DNA of 64,000 nucleotides from an uncultured Acidobacteriota bacterium (GTDB taxonomy: Bacteria > Acidobacteriota > Thermoanaerobaculia > Multivoradales > UBA5704): the NCBI GenBank assembly GCA_963761645.1, contig CAVXIG010000010.1:81266-145265 (forward strand), read 5' to 3'. Both the position numbers and the translations under genes were made by a program. Shown here piece after piece: positions 1 to 9,307 of the stretch; position 1 is the stretch's first letter; every line of letters starts with the position of its first letter. The notes below the pieces were generated by a model, which was not told where the DNA came from, made no database searches, and saw nothing but the letters and a program-made list of their open reading frames with translations.

Positions 1-252
1 CCGGCCGTGGCTCCCGCCTCGCACGCGCCGGTCGCCCGCACGGCTTCCAGGATGCGGACGCGGTCCGCGTCGGTCATGAGCTGACTGTCCTTGCTCATCA
101 GCTCGAAGACGCTGACCTCGGTCTCCTCGAGCCGCAGCTCGGAGAGCATCCGCCGCACCAGGGAGTGCCGGTTGGCGAGCTCCCCCGTGTGCTCGTCGTA
201 GGTCTTCTCGATCGTCCCGCCGGTGGTGATCAGTGTGATTTTGCGCACGGAG
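1..252 (-). CDS. L-asparaginase family protein, N-terminal fragment (gene continues beyond window start)
   Basis: Minus-strand translation gives VRKITLITTGGTIEKTYDEHTGELANRHSLVRRMLSELRLEETEV..., matching the asparaginase/GatD TGGTI threonine motif; probable GTG start near 252; no stop within window. Confidence 0.55.
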
Positions 253-297
253 GGGGACTCTATCGCCCTTCGTGGGTTTTGGGGGAGAGGGAGAGGA

Positions 298-684
298 TCA
301 GAGACCGCGCAGGCCGAGCGACCGGGCGATCTCGCCCTGCCTGTTGTCGAGTGTCAGAAAGGAGAGCTCGTCGACTCGGGGCCGTAGAAAGAGCGCACAG
401 GCCAGATGCCACAAGTCCGGTCCCCGCAAGAGTCCCGCTTCCAGGATCCGATCGATCTCCGGCGTCAGGCGTCGATGGGGAAAGACCCATCGCATCAAAG
501 CCAGAAAGTTCCCAAATCCGCTGCGGGTCCCCTCTCGGGACAAAGCCGATCTCAGCTCCGCCTCGAGGAGATTGGTTGAGAAAAGCCGATCATAGCGGGA
601 GATTCTTACCAGGAGAGCCTGAGAACCGGGCTCATTTAGAGCGATAGCAACGAGGCAGGAGCTGTCGACGTAGGCGCTCTTCAC
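298..684 (-). CDS. vapC: PIN-domain toxin VapC
   Basis: ORF track 298..741; PIN signature ...YVDSSCLVAIALNEP...; likely GTG start at 684 forming a GTGA overlap with the upstream antitoxin stop. Confidence 0.75.
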   Translation of the reverse strand: MKSAYVDSSCLVAIALNEPGSQALLVRISRYDRLFSTNLLEAELRSALSREGTRSGFGNFLALMRWVFPHRRLTPEIDRILEAGLLRGPDLWHLACALFLRPRVDELSFLTLDNRQGEIARSLGLRGL

Positions 685-986
685 CCACGCGATTCCAGGA
701 ACCGCGCCAAACCTCCAGGCTTCGGAGGGTTGATCTTCCACTCCTCCTGAAGCTCGCGGAAGATCTCCTCAACAGAAGGCCGTGGCTCGGAAGCGGGACT
801 GATAATCCCTTCCTCTTCGAGCTGGCGGAGCGACTCTTCCACGGAGACTGGTTCCCGGAGAGGCTCGACGGCCCGAATCTCCGCCACCTCCTGGCCCTCC
901 TCTGAGATCATGACCTTCTCGCCGGACCGCACCTTCTCCAGGATCTCTCCGAGATGTTTCCTGGCGTCTTGGACCGAATAGGTCAT
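681..986 (-). CDS. Phd/YefM-type antitoxin (VapB partner)
   Basis: MTYSVQDARKHLGEILEKVRSGEKVMISEEGQEVAEIRAV... typical Phd/YefM N-terminus; immediately upstream of and overlapping VapC. Confidence 0.7.
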   Translation of the reverse strand: MTYSVQDARKHLGEILEKVRSGEKVMISEEGQEVAEIRAVEPLREPVSVEESLRQLEEEGIISPASEPRPSVEEIFRELQEEWKINPPKPGGLARFLESRG

Positions 987-1648
987 GAGCGAACCTCCCA
1001 GACGAATAGTATACCAGGACGCGCAAAGAGGATCAATTTCGCGTCAGGGCGCGCCATGGGCGGTCCGAATCCCGCCCACGTCGCCCGCTCCCGACCGCGA
1101 GGTATCCTACGCGGCGCCATGCGAACCGAACGGAAGCGCGCGTTGCGCCGGACGATCCTGGGGCTCCTGCTCCTGGGGCTCGTCCTGGGCTTCTGGGCGT
1201 TTCTCGCTGAACCCTCGTCCCTGCGGGTGCGGGAGCACCGCCTGGCGATTCCCGGGTGGCCGGCGGGGCGGTCGCGGATGCGATCGCTGGACTCCCGACT
1301 TTCAGGCGACGAAACTCGCTTTTGATGGTCCCAGGGTGGTCGTGACTCTCTGTCCGAGACTGGTACTGAACTTCCGGCACCGAGAATGCCCGGTTTTCAG
1401 GGAGCGAATCTCGCGTCGTCGCTGTCCCAGAATGTGTGAATCTCGGTGCTCGATGATCTGGCGCACTTCTGTCCGGCGAATGGTAATGAATTCCGCGCGT
1501 CAAGATCTCGGGTCCTGCTGGTGGGAGAATGCGTCGGCTCCGTCGGTGGAAGATCTCAGGTTTCGTGTGGCAGAATCGGGAGCTTCGGAAGTCGATATCT
1601 CCGGTTTCCGGCGCGGAGTTCTCAGCTTCTTCGCGGGTCTTGGGGGAG

Positions 1649-3557
1649 TCAATTCCCCAGCGCGGCGAGCGCCCGGTGCGCCACCGCGGGCACCGGGTCG
1701 GCGGCGAGACGGGTGAGGGCGATCGTGTTCTCGGGACGTCCGAAGCGGCTGAGCACCTCGGCGGCGGCCAGCCGGACCTGCCAGTCCGGATGCGACGCGG
1801 CGGCGCGGAAAAAAGCGTCGTCCCCGGCTCCGGCGCAGACCGCGAGCGCCTTGTAGACGGCGCGCGCCTCGGCGCCGGCACCCAGGGAGAGGATGGAGGA
1901 TTGCAACACGGATCGCGCCTCGGGCCCGCCGATCCGGCCCAGGCTCTCCAGGGCGGGCGCGCGCAGCTCTTCCCGCTCCTTGAGACAGCGGGCGAGCAGC
2001 GGCACGGCCGCGCGGTCTCCCAGCTCTCCCAGCGCGCGGAGCAGCGGCGGCGAGGGCATCACGGCCGCGCGGGCCCGCAGGGCCGGCAGCAGCTCCTTCA
2101 TGCCGCAGCGCATCGCGGCCTCGGCGGCCGGAGCCGCGTAGAGCTCGGGTGCCTCCTCCAGCCAGTCGTCCCAGGGGAGCAGCGGCGCCATCCCGTCGAT
2201 CCGCATCAGCCGGGCGATCACGCCGGGGCGGAACGACGGATCGAGATCCAGAATGGCCTCGACCACCTCGTCGACCGGCCTGCCCGAGCAGGGCGGCGAG
2301 GACCAGGCGGTCGGCCGGATCCACGTCCGGCAGGATGTCGAGAGCGGCCTGCACCTCGGCGCGGTGAGCCTCGAGCGCCGGCCCCAGGGACTCGCGCGCG
2401 CCGGCGGGGAGCCAGAGATAGAGGTCGAGCAGGGCATCGCCGAGGCCGGGGACGCTCACCTTCTCCAGCGCCTGGAGAAGATGCGGGAGCAGCTCCGGGC
2501 GCTCCGCCGTCTCCTTCGTGGCGGTGAGGAACGCGGCGGCCGGGACATCCTGCGGAAAGCTCGCGGCGAGCTGAAACCCCCAGGCCCGCGGCTCCCCGGC
2601 GGCGGCGAGCAGCGGAGCGATCAGATCCCGCCGCCGCGCCAGGGCGGAGGGGCGCAGGGGCGCCGCCGGCCGCGAGCCGGCCAGCACCTCGACGGCCTCG
2701 GCGTCCCAGGGGCCTGCCCCCAGCGCCAGCAGGCAGCGGGCGGCGGCCGTGCGCACCTCCGGCAGGCGGTCATGGAGCCGCGCCGACAGGGCCTCGCGGA
2801 ACCCGCCCGGCAGGATGGTGATCTCCTCCGGCCGGGGCAGCCCTTCGATCACGTGGGCGAGCAGGCCGAGCATCGTCTCCTCGTCGATCTCGACCCCTCC
2901 GGCAGGCCAGTGCGCGGCCAGGGCGCGGAAGGAGAGCTCGCCGCCGATCCGCGCCAGGGCCTCGGCCGCGAGCGAGCCGACCAGCGGATCGGTCAGCCGC
3001 TCGGCCAGAAAGGGTACGGCCTCGGGCGTCCGCAGATCCCCGAGGGCCTGCACGGCGGCCATCTGCACCCACAGGTCGGCGCTCAGGAACGGCACCAGGT
3101 GCGGGATCGACCGCGCGTCCCCCAGGTGGCCGATGGCGAGGATCGCCTCCTGCTGGACGTTGGGATCGGCGTGGGCGAGGGTGGCGTGCAGCGGCTCGAG
3201 CGCCCGCGGATCGCGCAGCCGGTCGAGGATGAGGACCGCCTGCAGCACCACGTCCGGATCGGAATCGCGCAGCAGCCGCACGACCAGCGGCAGGCTGCGG
3301 CCGCCGCGCAGCCGCAGGATCTCGGAGCCGGCGTTGCGCAGCGCGGCGTCGGCCGGATCGCGCAGATACTCGGTCAGCCGGGAATCGGGGAGGACGGCGG
3401 CGCCGATACGCAGCGCCTGCTCGCGGATGCCCGGGCTCGGGTTGCGCACGAGCCGCTCGAGCGCCTCGACGCGGGTATCGAGCGGCATCGAGGGGAGCCG
3501 CTCGAGGATATCGACGCATTCGTCCCAACTGGGAGCCTGATTGCCGGCCGGTTCCAT
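1649..3557 (-). CDS. HEAT/PBS-lyase repeat protein (frameshifted around 2280)
   Basis: ORFs 1500..3557 and 1649..2437 both show repeated LRxxAxxALGxxGDxxAVPxL HEAT-like units; reading frame switches inside cagggcggcgaggaccagg. Confidence 0.55.
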
Positions 3558-3707
3558 GCAGAGCCGCCGAGGGACTGAAGCTCAAGCTGCAACCCTCGCG
3601 GGATACTCCTTTCCAAGGTGCGCCTTGGCGCCGGTTCCCGAGTCTCCACTCGGGAGGGCGCCAGGCAGGCTGTCCGGGCTCCGGAAAAGTATACCCGGGA
3701 TCGCGGG

Positions 3708-4790
3708 TCAGGGGCAGGTCTGGAACGCGTCGACGTCGGTGACCGCGGCGGCCGGCTTCCCCGCCGGGTTCTCGTAGCGCGCGACGCTGCCGGTCGCGGT
3801 ATCGGTCACCGTCAGGACGTAATGGACGTTGGTGGTGCCGGCGGCGAACACCCAGTGGCGGCCGTTGACCCCGCAGCCGTCGAGCACCTTGACCATCACT
3901 TCCCAGTTGTCGGGGGCGAAGAACCAGAAGAGCCCGGAGTCCGCCGAGGCCGCCGGCACGGTCCGCCCCGCTCCCGAGGAGCCGTTGGCGTCCCAGGCGA
4001 CCTCGACGCGGAAGCGCCCGCGGCCGAGACAGAGGCTCGTCGCCGTGGGGGTGCAGAGGGCCGCCGGATCGGGACGGCTCTTCTCCACCACGAAGCGGAA
4101 GCCGTCGGCCATCGAGGTGAGGGGCCAGGTGTTGTGGCCGAAACCCGCCTGCACGTCCTCTTCCCAGGGAACGCCGAGCCGCGCCCACTGCGCCTCCAGG
4201 CCCGGGCGGGCGCCGGTGTAGTTCTGATCGGTGGTGCCGTAATACATGCGGATCGGCGGCTTGTAGCCGGAATCGGCCAGCGAGGCCACCGGATAGAACG
4301 GCGCCGAGAGGGTGAAGACGGCGCTGTACGCCGAGCCGGCGTAGGCGACGAGATAGGCCCAGGCGCCGCCGGCCGAGTGTCCCGCCACGGCGACCCGCCG
4401 GTCGTCCACCGGCAGCTCCGCGCGGACCAGGCGGAGGGTTTCGGCGGTCGTCTGCTCGTCGTTCCCCACTCCCCAGCCGGCGTTGGAGAAGGATTTCGGC
4501 AGGGCCACCACGCAGCCGGCCTTCTCGGCGGCGGTGCCGATGAAGGCTTTGTAATCCTCCGGAGTGCCGTTGGAGCCGTGGAAAAAGAGGACGAGGGGGG
4601 CCGGCTTGGTGGCGTCGAGCGTCGCCGGGACGTAGCGCAGGAGATAGGAACCGGTCGCCGGGATCTCCACCTTCCGCCAGCCGGGCACGACGCCGGCGCC
4701 GAGGGCGGGCACCGCGACGAGAGCGAGGAGGAGGGCGGCCGGGAAAAACCTCGCGCCGCCCCCGCGGTCAGATTTCAACGGCAACTGCAT
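3708..4790 (-). CDS. secreted alpha/beta-hydrolase (esterase/depolymerase-like) with C-terminal beta-rich domain
   Basis: Signal peptide; FFHGSNGT oxyanion region and GHSAGG nucleophile elbow (GxSxG). Confidence 0.7.
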   Translation of the reverse strand: MQLPLKSDRGGGARFFPAALLLALVAVPALGAGVVPGWRKVEIPATGSYLLRYVPATLDATKPAPLVLFFHGSNGTPEDYKAFIGTAAEKAGCVVALPKSFSNAGWGVGNDEQTTAETLRLVRAELPVDDRRVAVAGHSAGGAWAYLVAYAGSAYSAVFTLSAPFYPVASLADSGYKPPIRMYYGTTDQNYTGARPGLEAQWARLGVPWEEDVQAGFGHNTWPLTSMADGFRFVVEKSRPDPAALCTPTATSLCLGRGRFRVEVAWDANGSSGAGRTVPAASADSGLFWFFAPDNWEVMVKVLDGCGVNGRHWVFAAGTTNVHYVLTVTDTATGSVARYENPAGKPAAAVTDVDAFQTCP

Positions 4791-4817
4791 CCGGGCATTC
4801 TACCAGCCCGGCTTGTC

Positions 4818-7800
4818 TTACCATCCCGGCGAAATCAAAAACCCCGTGACCCAACCCTGCTTCGGACGCTGGAAGGGCTTGGCGGTGTAGAACTCGAGCA
4901 CCGCGAAGCCGCCCAGCAGAACTCGCGCCGCGACGCCGGCGCTGACCACCGGCACCCGCTCGATCGAAGTGCGGTCGAAGCGCAGCGTCGGCGACTGCCC
5001 CTTCGACCAGGCGGTCCCGGCGTCGACGAAGAACGCCAGATCCGTCGGCAGGAACCGGGCCCGGATCAGGCCATACCCCTCGACCCCCAGGAGCGGCATC
5101 CGCAGCTCCAGGCTCGCCACCGCGAGGCGGCTCCCCACCAGGCGGTCGAACTCGGGGCAGGCGCTCGAGTTTCCCGGCACCGGGGTGCATTCCGACAGGT
5201 CGATGCTCCCCAGCTCGTAGCCGTGCACGAGCGAGGGATCGCCCAGGTAGAGCGTGGACAACTGGTTGTTCTCGGCATCCCTGCCATAGCGGCCGTAGTG
5301 GGTGCCGCGCACCGCCAGGGTCACCGGGCGGAAGAAGAAGTAGCGGCGGTAGTCGGCGGTCAGGGCCTGGAACTGGAGATCGCCGAAGGTGGGCTGCACT
5401 TCCAGGCGGTACCGGCGCCCGCGCACCGGGGAGGTGAAGCCGAAGTTGCTGCTGTCTCCCACGAAGCCGACCGAGGCCTGGTAGAGCTGGATCGACGGCG
5501 GGGCGGGCAGGCGCCGCCGCGCTTCGTCGACCGCCACGCCGCCGACCACGGTCAACTCCTCCAGATCGTATTTGTAGCTGATCCGGGTGACGCCGGCGGA
5601 GAGCTCGAAGCGCTGCGTGGTCGAGAACGGATAGCGGCTGATGAAGGCGGCCGAGTCCTCGGTCAGCGTCGACTGCACCTGCTGGATGAAGTTCGCGGGA
5701 ACCTCCCCCTGGTCGGTCTGGACCGTACCGGTCGACACCGAGGTGAAGGCCGAGATGTAGGGGACGTGGCCCGCCTGCCCCCCCCACTGCCAGCGGCTGG
5801 CTTGGTTGAGGTAGTAGCCCTGGGCGCCGAAGGCGTTGATCGTCTGCGCTCCGCTCACCCCGTAGAGGGCGAAGCCGAACTCGTGCTGGCCGAGCTCGTC
5901 GCTGAAGGCGCCGGAGAGGTCGCCGCCGAACGAGGTGCCGAAGGAGCTGAAGCCCACCCCGACGGACGGACCGAGGAAGTCGAGCCGGTAGCGGGGGCGG
6001 TAGCCCGTCACCTCGGCCGACCGTCCCTCCGGACCGGGCAGCGGCGGCAGAGTCTTGTTCTGAAGGTACTCGGAGACCAGCGACGTCCCCGTCGCCTGCT
6101 GCGGCGGCAGCAGGGCCGCGCGGGCCTCCGCCGCCTCGTCGCGAGCGGCGACCACCGCCTCGCCGCGGGCCGCCTCGGGGTCGAGGGCGTGGATCTCGTA
6201 ACGGTTGTCGGTGAAGATCGAGAACAGGACGAGGCCGTTGCGCTGCGACACCGTCAGGGCGGGCGACAGCCGCGTGATGCCGGTCACCCCGGTGGCGATC
6301 CGGGTGACGCGGAAAAGCTGGTTGTCGGCGAGCGCGAGCCGGTAGAGATCGCTCACCCCGGCGCGGTCGGAGAGGAAATAGAGATCCTTCCCTCCCGGTC
6401 CGAAGCGGGGGTTGATCTGGGTGGCGCCGGGCATCGGAGCGACGAGCTGGCGCTGGGCGCCGCTCGCCACGTCGAGGCTCCAGATGCCGACGTCGCCGTA
6501 GGCCGAGGCGGTCGAGGGGGGGCCGCCGCCGCTCTCCACGCCGCGGTCAGAGACGAAGACCAGCGTGCGGCCGTCCGGCGACCACTCGGGCTGGAGGTCG
6601 GCGTAGGGGTCGCTGGTCAGCCGGCGGGCGGTCCCGCCCGCCACGTCGATCAGGAAGAGATCGGTGAGGCCCCCGACCGAGCCGGAGACGGCGATCGAAC
6701 GGCCGTCCGGCGACCAGGCGGGATTCCAGAGCTGGCCGGCCTCCTGGACATCGATCTCCCGCTCGATCCGGCGCGAGCGCACGTCGACGATGGCGACGTG
6801 GTTGTCCCCCCGGGCGCCGACGACCAGGGCGATCTTGGCGCCGTCCGGCGACCAGGAGCCGGCCGAATCGAGGAAGCGCAGCGAATCGAGATGCGGATCG
6901 GCGTCCTCCGAGAGGATCTTGCCCCGGATCTCCCCCGTGCGGGCATCCGCCAGATAGAGGTCGAAGGTGAACAGGCTGCGGGTCGAGAAGACGGCGAACT
7001 GCGTGCCGTCCGGGCTGAGCGACGGCGAGACGTAGGTGTCGATCGTCTTGGCCTCGCGGGGGAGCACACGCCGGCCGGACGCGGCGGGCGTCTGCCGGGC
7101 CTCGATCACCGGCCCGTAGGAGTCGCGGATGGAAGCCTTCCAATCCTTGGAGAGCTGCTTGACCTCGGTCCCCAGCACCTCCTGCAGGGCGGCCTCGACG
7201 CCGATCTCGGAGCCGCGCGTGAACAGGCGGCCGACCGTCAGGTCCCCCCAGCGGCCGCCGATGTACCCCCAGAAGGCGTGCCCCCAGCGATAGGGGAAGA
7301 GCCGCGGATCGCGCGACAGCTTCTCGACGTCCGGCAGGGCGTCGCGGGCGAGGGCGTCGCGCAGGTACATCGCCGTCTGCGGCGCCTGGCGCCCGAGCGA
7401 CAGGTACTCGGCCAACCCCTCGACGAACCAGAGGGGAAGATTGATGCCGACCGAGCCGAACCGCCCCCCCGACGCCCGCTCGCCGCGCCGGGGCTCCTTC
7501 AGGATGTCGTACTGGAAGACGTGGGTCAGCTCGTGGCCGATGACGTGGTCGGTGTCCTCGAAGTCGCCGGTGAGCGGCAGGACGACCCGCTCCCGCAGCC
7601 CCTCGGTGACACCCCCCGTCCCCTCGCCGATCAGGCCGCCGACGACCGTGGTCTGCTGGAAGTCGCTCTGATCGGCATACAGGATGATCGACTTGCGCTC
7701 CCTGAACTCGCGGCCGAAGACCTGGGACAGCCGGCCGTACCAGCGCTCCGCCATCTGGGCGGCCTGGCGCACGCCCTGCTCCTCCTCAGGGTAGAAATGG

Positions 7801-7982
7801 ATGTCGAAATGCTCCGTCTTGAGCACCCGCCATTGAAATTTTTCGTACTGGACCTTGTTGCGCCCGAAATATTGGGCGGAGGCGGTTGCCGGCAGACAAG
7901 CGAGGACGGCAAAAGCGACGGCGAGCCGGAGCGCCGCCGGATGGCGAAAGGATGGACGCGACATCTGACCTCCTTTGAGCAT
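4818..7982 (-). CDS. large outer-membrane protein with N-terminal zincin-like HExxH domain, TolB-like beta-propeller repeats and C-terminal beta-barrel
   Basis: 1054 aa; signal peptide; HELTHV motif; repeated WSPDG(R/K) TolB-type blades; C-terminus ...GFLISPGW ends in aromatic residue typical of OM beta-barrels. Confidence 0.7.
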   Translation of the reverse strand: MLKGGQMSRPSFRHPAALRLAVAFAVLACLPATASAQYFGRNKVQYEKFQWRVLKTEHFDIHFYPEEEQGVRQAAQMAERWYGRLSQVFGREFRERKSIILYADQSDFQQTTVVGGLIGEGTGGVTEGLRERVVLPLTGDFEDTDHVIGHELTHVFQYDILKEPRRGERASGGRFGSVGINLPLWFVEGLAEYLSLGRQAPQTAMYLRDALARDALPDVEKLSRDPRLFPYRWGHAFWGYIGGRWGDLTVGRLFTRGSEIGVEAALQEVLGTEVKQLSKDWKASIRDSYGPVIEARQTPAASGRRVLPREAKTIDTYVSPSLSPDGTQFAVFSTRSLFTFDLYLADARTGEIRGKILSEDADPHLDSLRFLDSAGSWSPDGAKIALVVGARGDNHVAIVDVRSRRIEREIDVQEAGQLWNPAWSPDGRSIAVSGSVGGLTDLFLIDVAGGTARRLTSDPYADLQPEWSPDGRTLVFVSDRGVESGGGPPSTASAYGDVGIWSLDVASGAQRQLVAPMPGATQINPRFGPGGKDLYFLSDRAGVSDLYRLALADNQLFRVTRIATGVTGITRLSPALTVSQRNGLVLFSIFTDNRYEIHALDPEAARGEAVVAARDEAAEARAALLPPQQATGTSLVSEYLQNKTLPPLPGPEGRSAEVTGYRPRYRLDFLGPSVGVGFSSFGTSFGGDLSGAFSDELGQHEFGFALYGVSGAQTINAFGAQGYYLNQASRWQWGGQAGHVPYISAFTSVSTGTVQTDQGEVPANFIQQVQSTLTEDSAAFISRYPFSTTQRFELSAGVTRISYKYDLEELTVVGGVAVDEARRRLPAPPSIQLYQASVGFVGDSSNFGFTSPVRGRRYRLEVQPTFGDLQFQALTADYRRYFFFRPVTLAVRGTHYGRYGRDAENNQLSTLYLGDPSLVHGYELGSIDLSECTPVPGNSSACPEFDRLVGSRLAVASLELRMPLLGVEGYGLIRARFLPTDLAFFVDAGTAWSKGQSPTLRFDRTSIERVPVVSAGVAARVLLGGFAVLEFYTAKPFQRPKQGWVTGFLISPGW

Positions 7983-8090
7983 CTATGGGAGGTCGCGCTG
8001 AGGAAACTGCAACAGGGTGGCCGTGAAGCCGGAGACCTCCCACCCGTTTGGCATTCAAAATTGATGCCTCGATTCCGCTATGCTTGCCGG

Positions 8091-8627
8091 ATGCTAGCCC
8101 CTGTCGCCGAATACTCCCTGGTCCGCCGCGAGTGCCGGGCCGTCCGCATTCCAGAAGGAACGCCCGCCGTCCTCTCCTCCGGGACGCGGGTCCGCATCAC
8201 CCAGTCGCTCGGCGGCTCCTACACCGTCGCGACCGACCGCGGCTACCTGTTCCGGATCGAGGCCCGGGACGCGGACGCCCTCGGCAAAGAGCCCGGCGAA
8301 GCCCTCGCCGTGCCGGCCGAGGCCAGCCTCGAGGAGCGGATCTGGGCGGGCCTGCGCACCTGCTTCGACCCGGAGATCCCGATCAACATCGTCGATCTCG
8401 GCCTGATCTACAGTTGCGAGATCCAGGAGGAGGGGCGGCGGGTGGAGATCAAGATGACCCTCACCGCTCCCGGCTGCGGCATGGGTCCGATCCTGGCCCA
8501 GGACGTCCAGCAGCGGATCGAGAGCCTCCCCGAGGTGGAGCACGCCGAGGTCGAGGTGGTCTTCGATCCGCCCTGGGATCAGAACATGATGAGCGAGGCG
8601 GCGCGGCTGGAGCTGGGGATGTTCTGA
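8091..8627 (+). CDS. sufT: Fe-S cluster assembly protein SufT-like (DUF59/MIP18 family)
   Basis: Tail of giant artefactual ORF 3618..8627; C-terminal ...CFDPEIPINIVDLGLIY...VEIKMTLTAPGCGMGPI...VEVVFDPPWDQNMMSEAAR is the DUF59 signature; alternative ATG at 8064. Confidence 0.65.
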   Translation: MLAPVAEYSLVRRECRAVRIPEGTPAVLSSGTRVRITQSLGGSYTVATDRGYLFRIEARDADALGKEPGEALAVPAEASLEERIWAGLRTCFDPEIPINIVDLGLIYSCEIQEEGRRVEIKMTLTAPGCGMGPILAQDVQQRIESLPEVEHAEVEVVFDPPWDQNMMSEAARLELGMF

Positions 8628-8644
8628 GTCTGGATGGAGAAACC

Positions 8645-8860
8645 ATGAACGCGATGCGGGTGAAACGTGTAGCGGGAAGGCGGGAGCAGGAGGACGTCTT
8701 GCGGGACATCGACATCCTCCAGGACACTATGAACCAGTTGCGGGGCTGTGGTCTGATCCCCAAAGGCGTCTACCGGTTTCAGACTCACGAGGAGGCGGAT
8801 GAATGGATGATGCGCCAGATCGCGGCGAATCACGCGCGCCACGCCTCGAAGACCTCCTAG
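8645..8860 (+). CDS. small hypothetical protein (71 aa), possible partner of downstream nucleotidyltransferase
   Basis: ATG 8645 within tail of ORF 8048..8860: MNAMRVKRVAGRREQEDVLRDIDILQDTMNQLRGCGLIPKGVYRFQTHEEADEWMMRQIAANHARHASKTS; overlaps next gene by 58 nt. Confidence 0.35.
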   Translation: MNAMRVKRVAGRREQEDVLRDIDILQDTMNQLRGCGLIPKGVYRFQTHEEADEWMMRQIAANHARHASKTS

Positions 8861-9303
8861 ATCTCTGCAAAGCCCTCAACCGGGAGGGCGTCCGCTACGT
8901 CCTGATCGGCGGCTTCGCCGTGATCCTTCATGGGTTCGTCCGGTCGACCAAGGACGTGGATCTCCTGGTCGATGCCTCCGAATCCAACATACAGGCCGTC
9001 AAGAGGGCCATGGCAGGCTTGCCAGATAATGCGGCCGCCCTCATCGCCGATGATGAGATCCTCAAGTACCAGGTCGTCCGAGTCGCCGACGAAATCGTCG
9101 TCGATCTGTTGGGAGCGGCTTGTGGGATCGCCTACTCCGAAGCGCTGGCGGCAGGTCTCGATCACTTCAACATCCAGGGTGTCGAGATCCCGGTCGCGAG
9201 CAAAGAGCTGCTGATCCGCATGAAGGCGACCATCCGGGAAAGCGATGCCGTAGATGTTCGCTTTCTGCGTCTGCGGATCGAGGAAGAAAAAAAGCGGAAG
9301 TAG
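8803..9303 (+). CDS. nucleotidyltransferase-fold protein (AbiEii/DUF6036-like)
   Basis: ...GVRYVLIGGFAVILHGFVRSTKDVDLLVD... resembles the G-x-x-A/R-x-T-x-D-x-D minimal nucleotidyltransferase core. Confidence 0.55.
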   Translation: MDDAPDRGESRAPRLEDLLDLCKALNREGVRYVLIGGFAVILHGFVRSTKDVDLLVDASESNIQAVKRAMAGLPDNAAALIADDEILKYQVVRVADEIVVDLLGAACGIAYSEALAAGLDHFNIQGVEIPVASKELLIRMKATIRESDAVDVRFLRLRIEEEKKRK

Positions 9304-9307
9304 GCCG

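Noticed and set aside
985-3578. Multiple long overlapping ORFs on the plus strand (985..1716, 1529..2527, 2253..3578, 2749..3540)
   Set aside because: All are antisense to the HEAT-repeat gene, Arg/Gly/Pro-rich and without motifs. Such ORFs are expected from G+C-rich sequence.
3618-8627. 1669-aa plus-strand ORF
   Set aside because: Antisense to the well-supported 1054-aa TolB-like gene and the esterase gene. Only its last roughly 540 nt (SufT-like, 8091..8627) show conserved motifs. The rest is an open-frame artefact of G+C-rich DNA.
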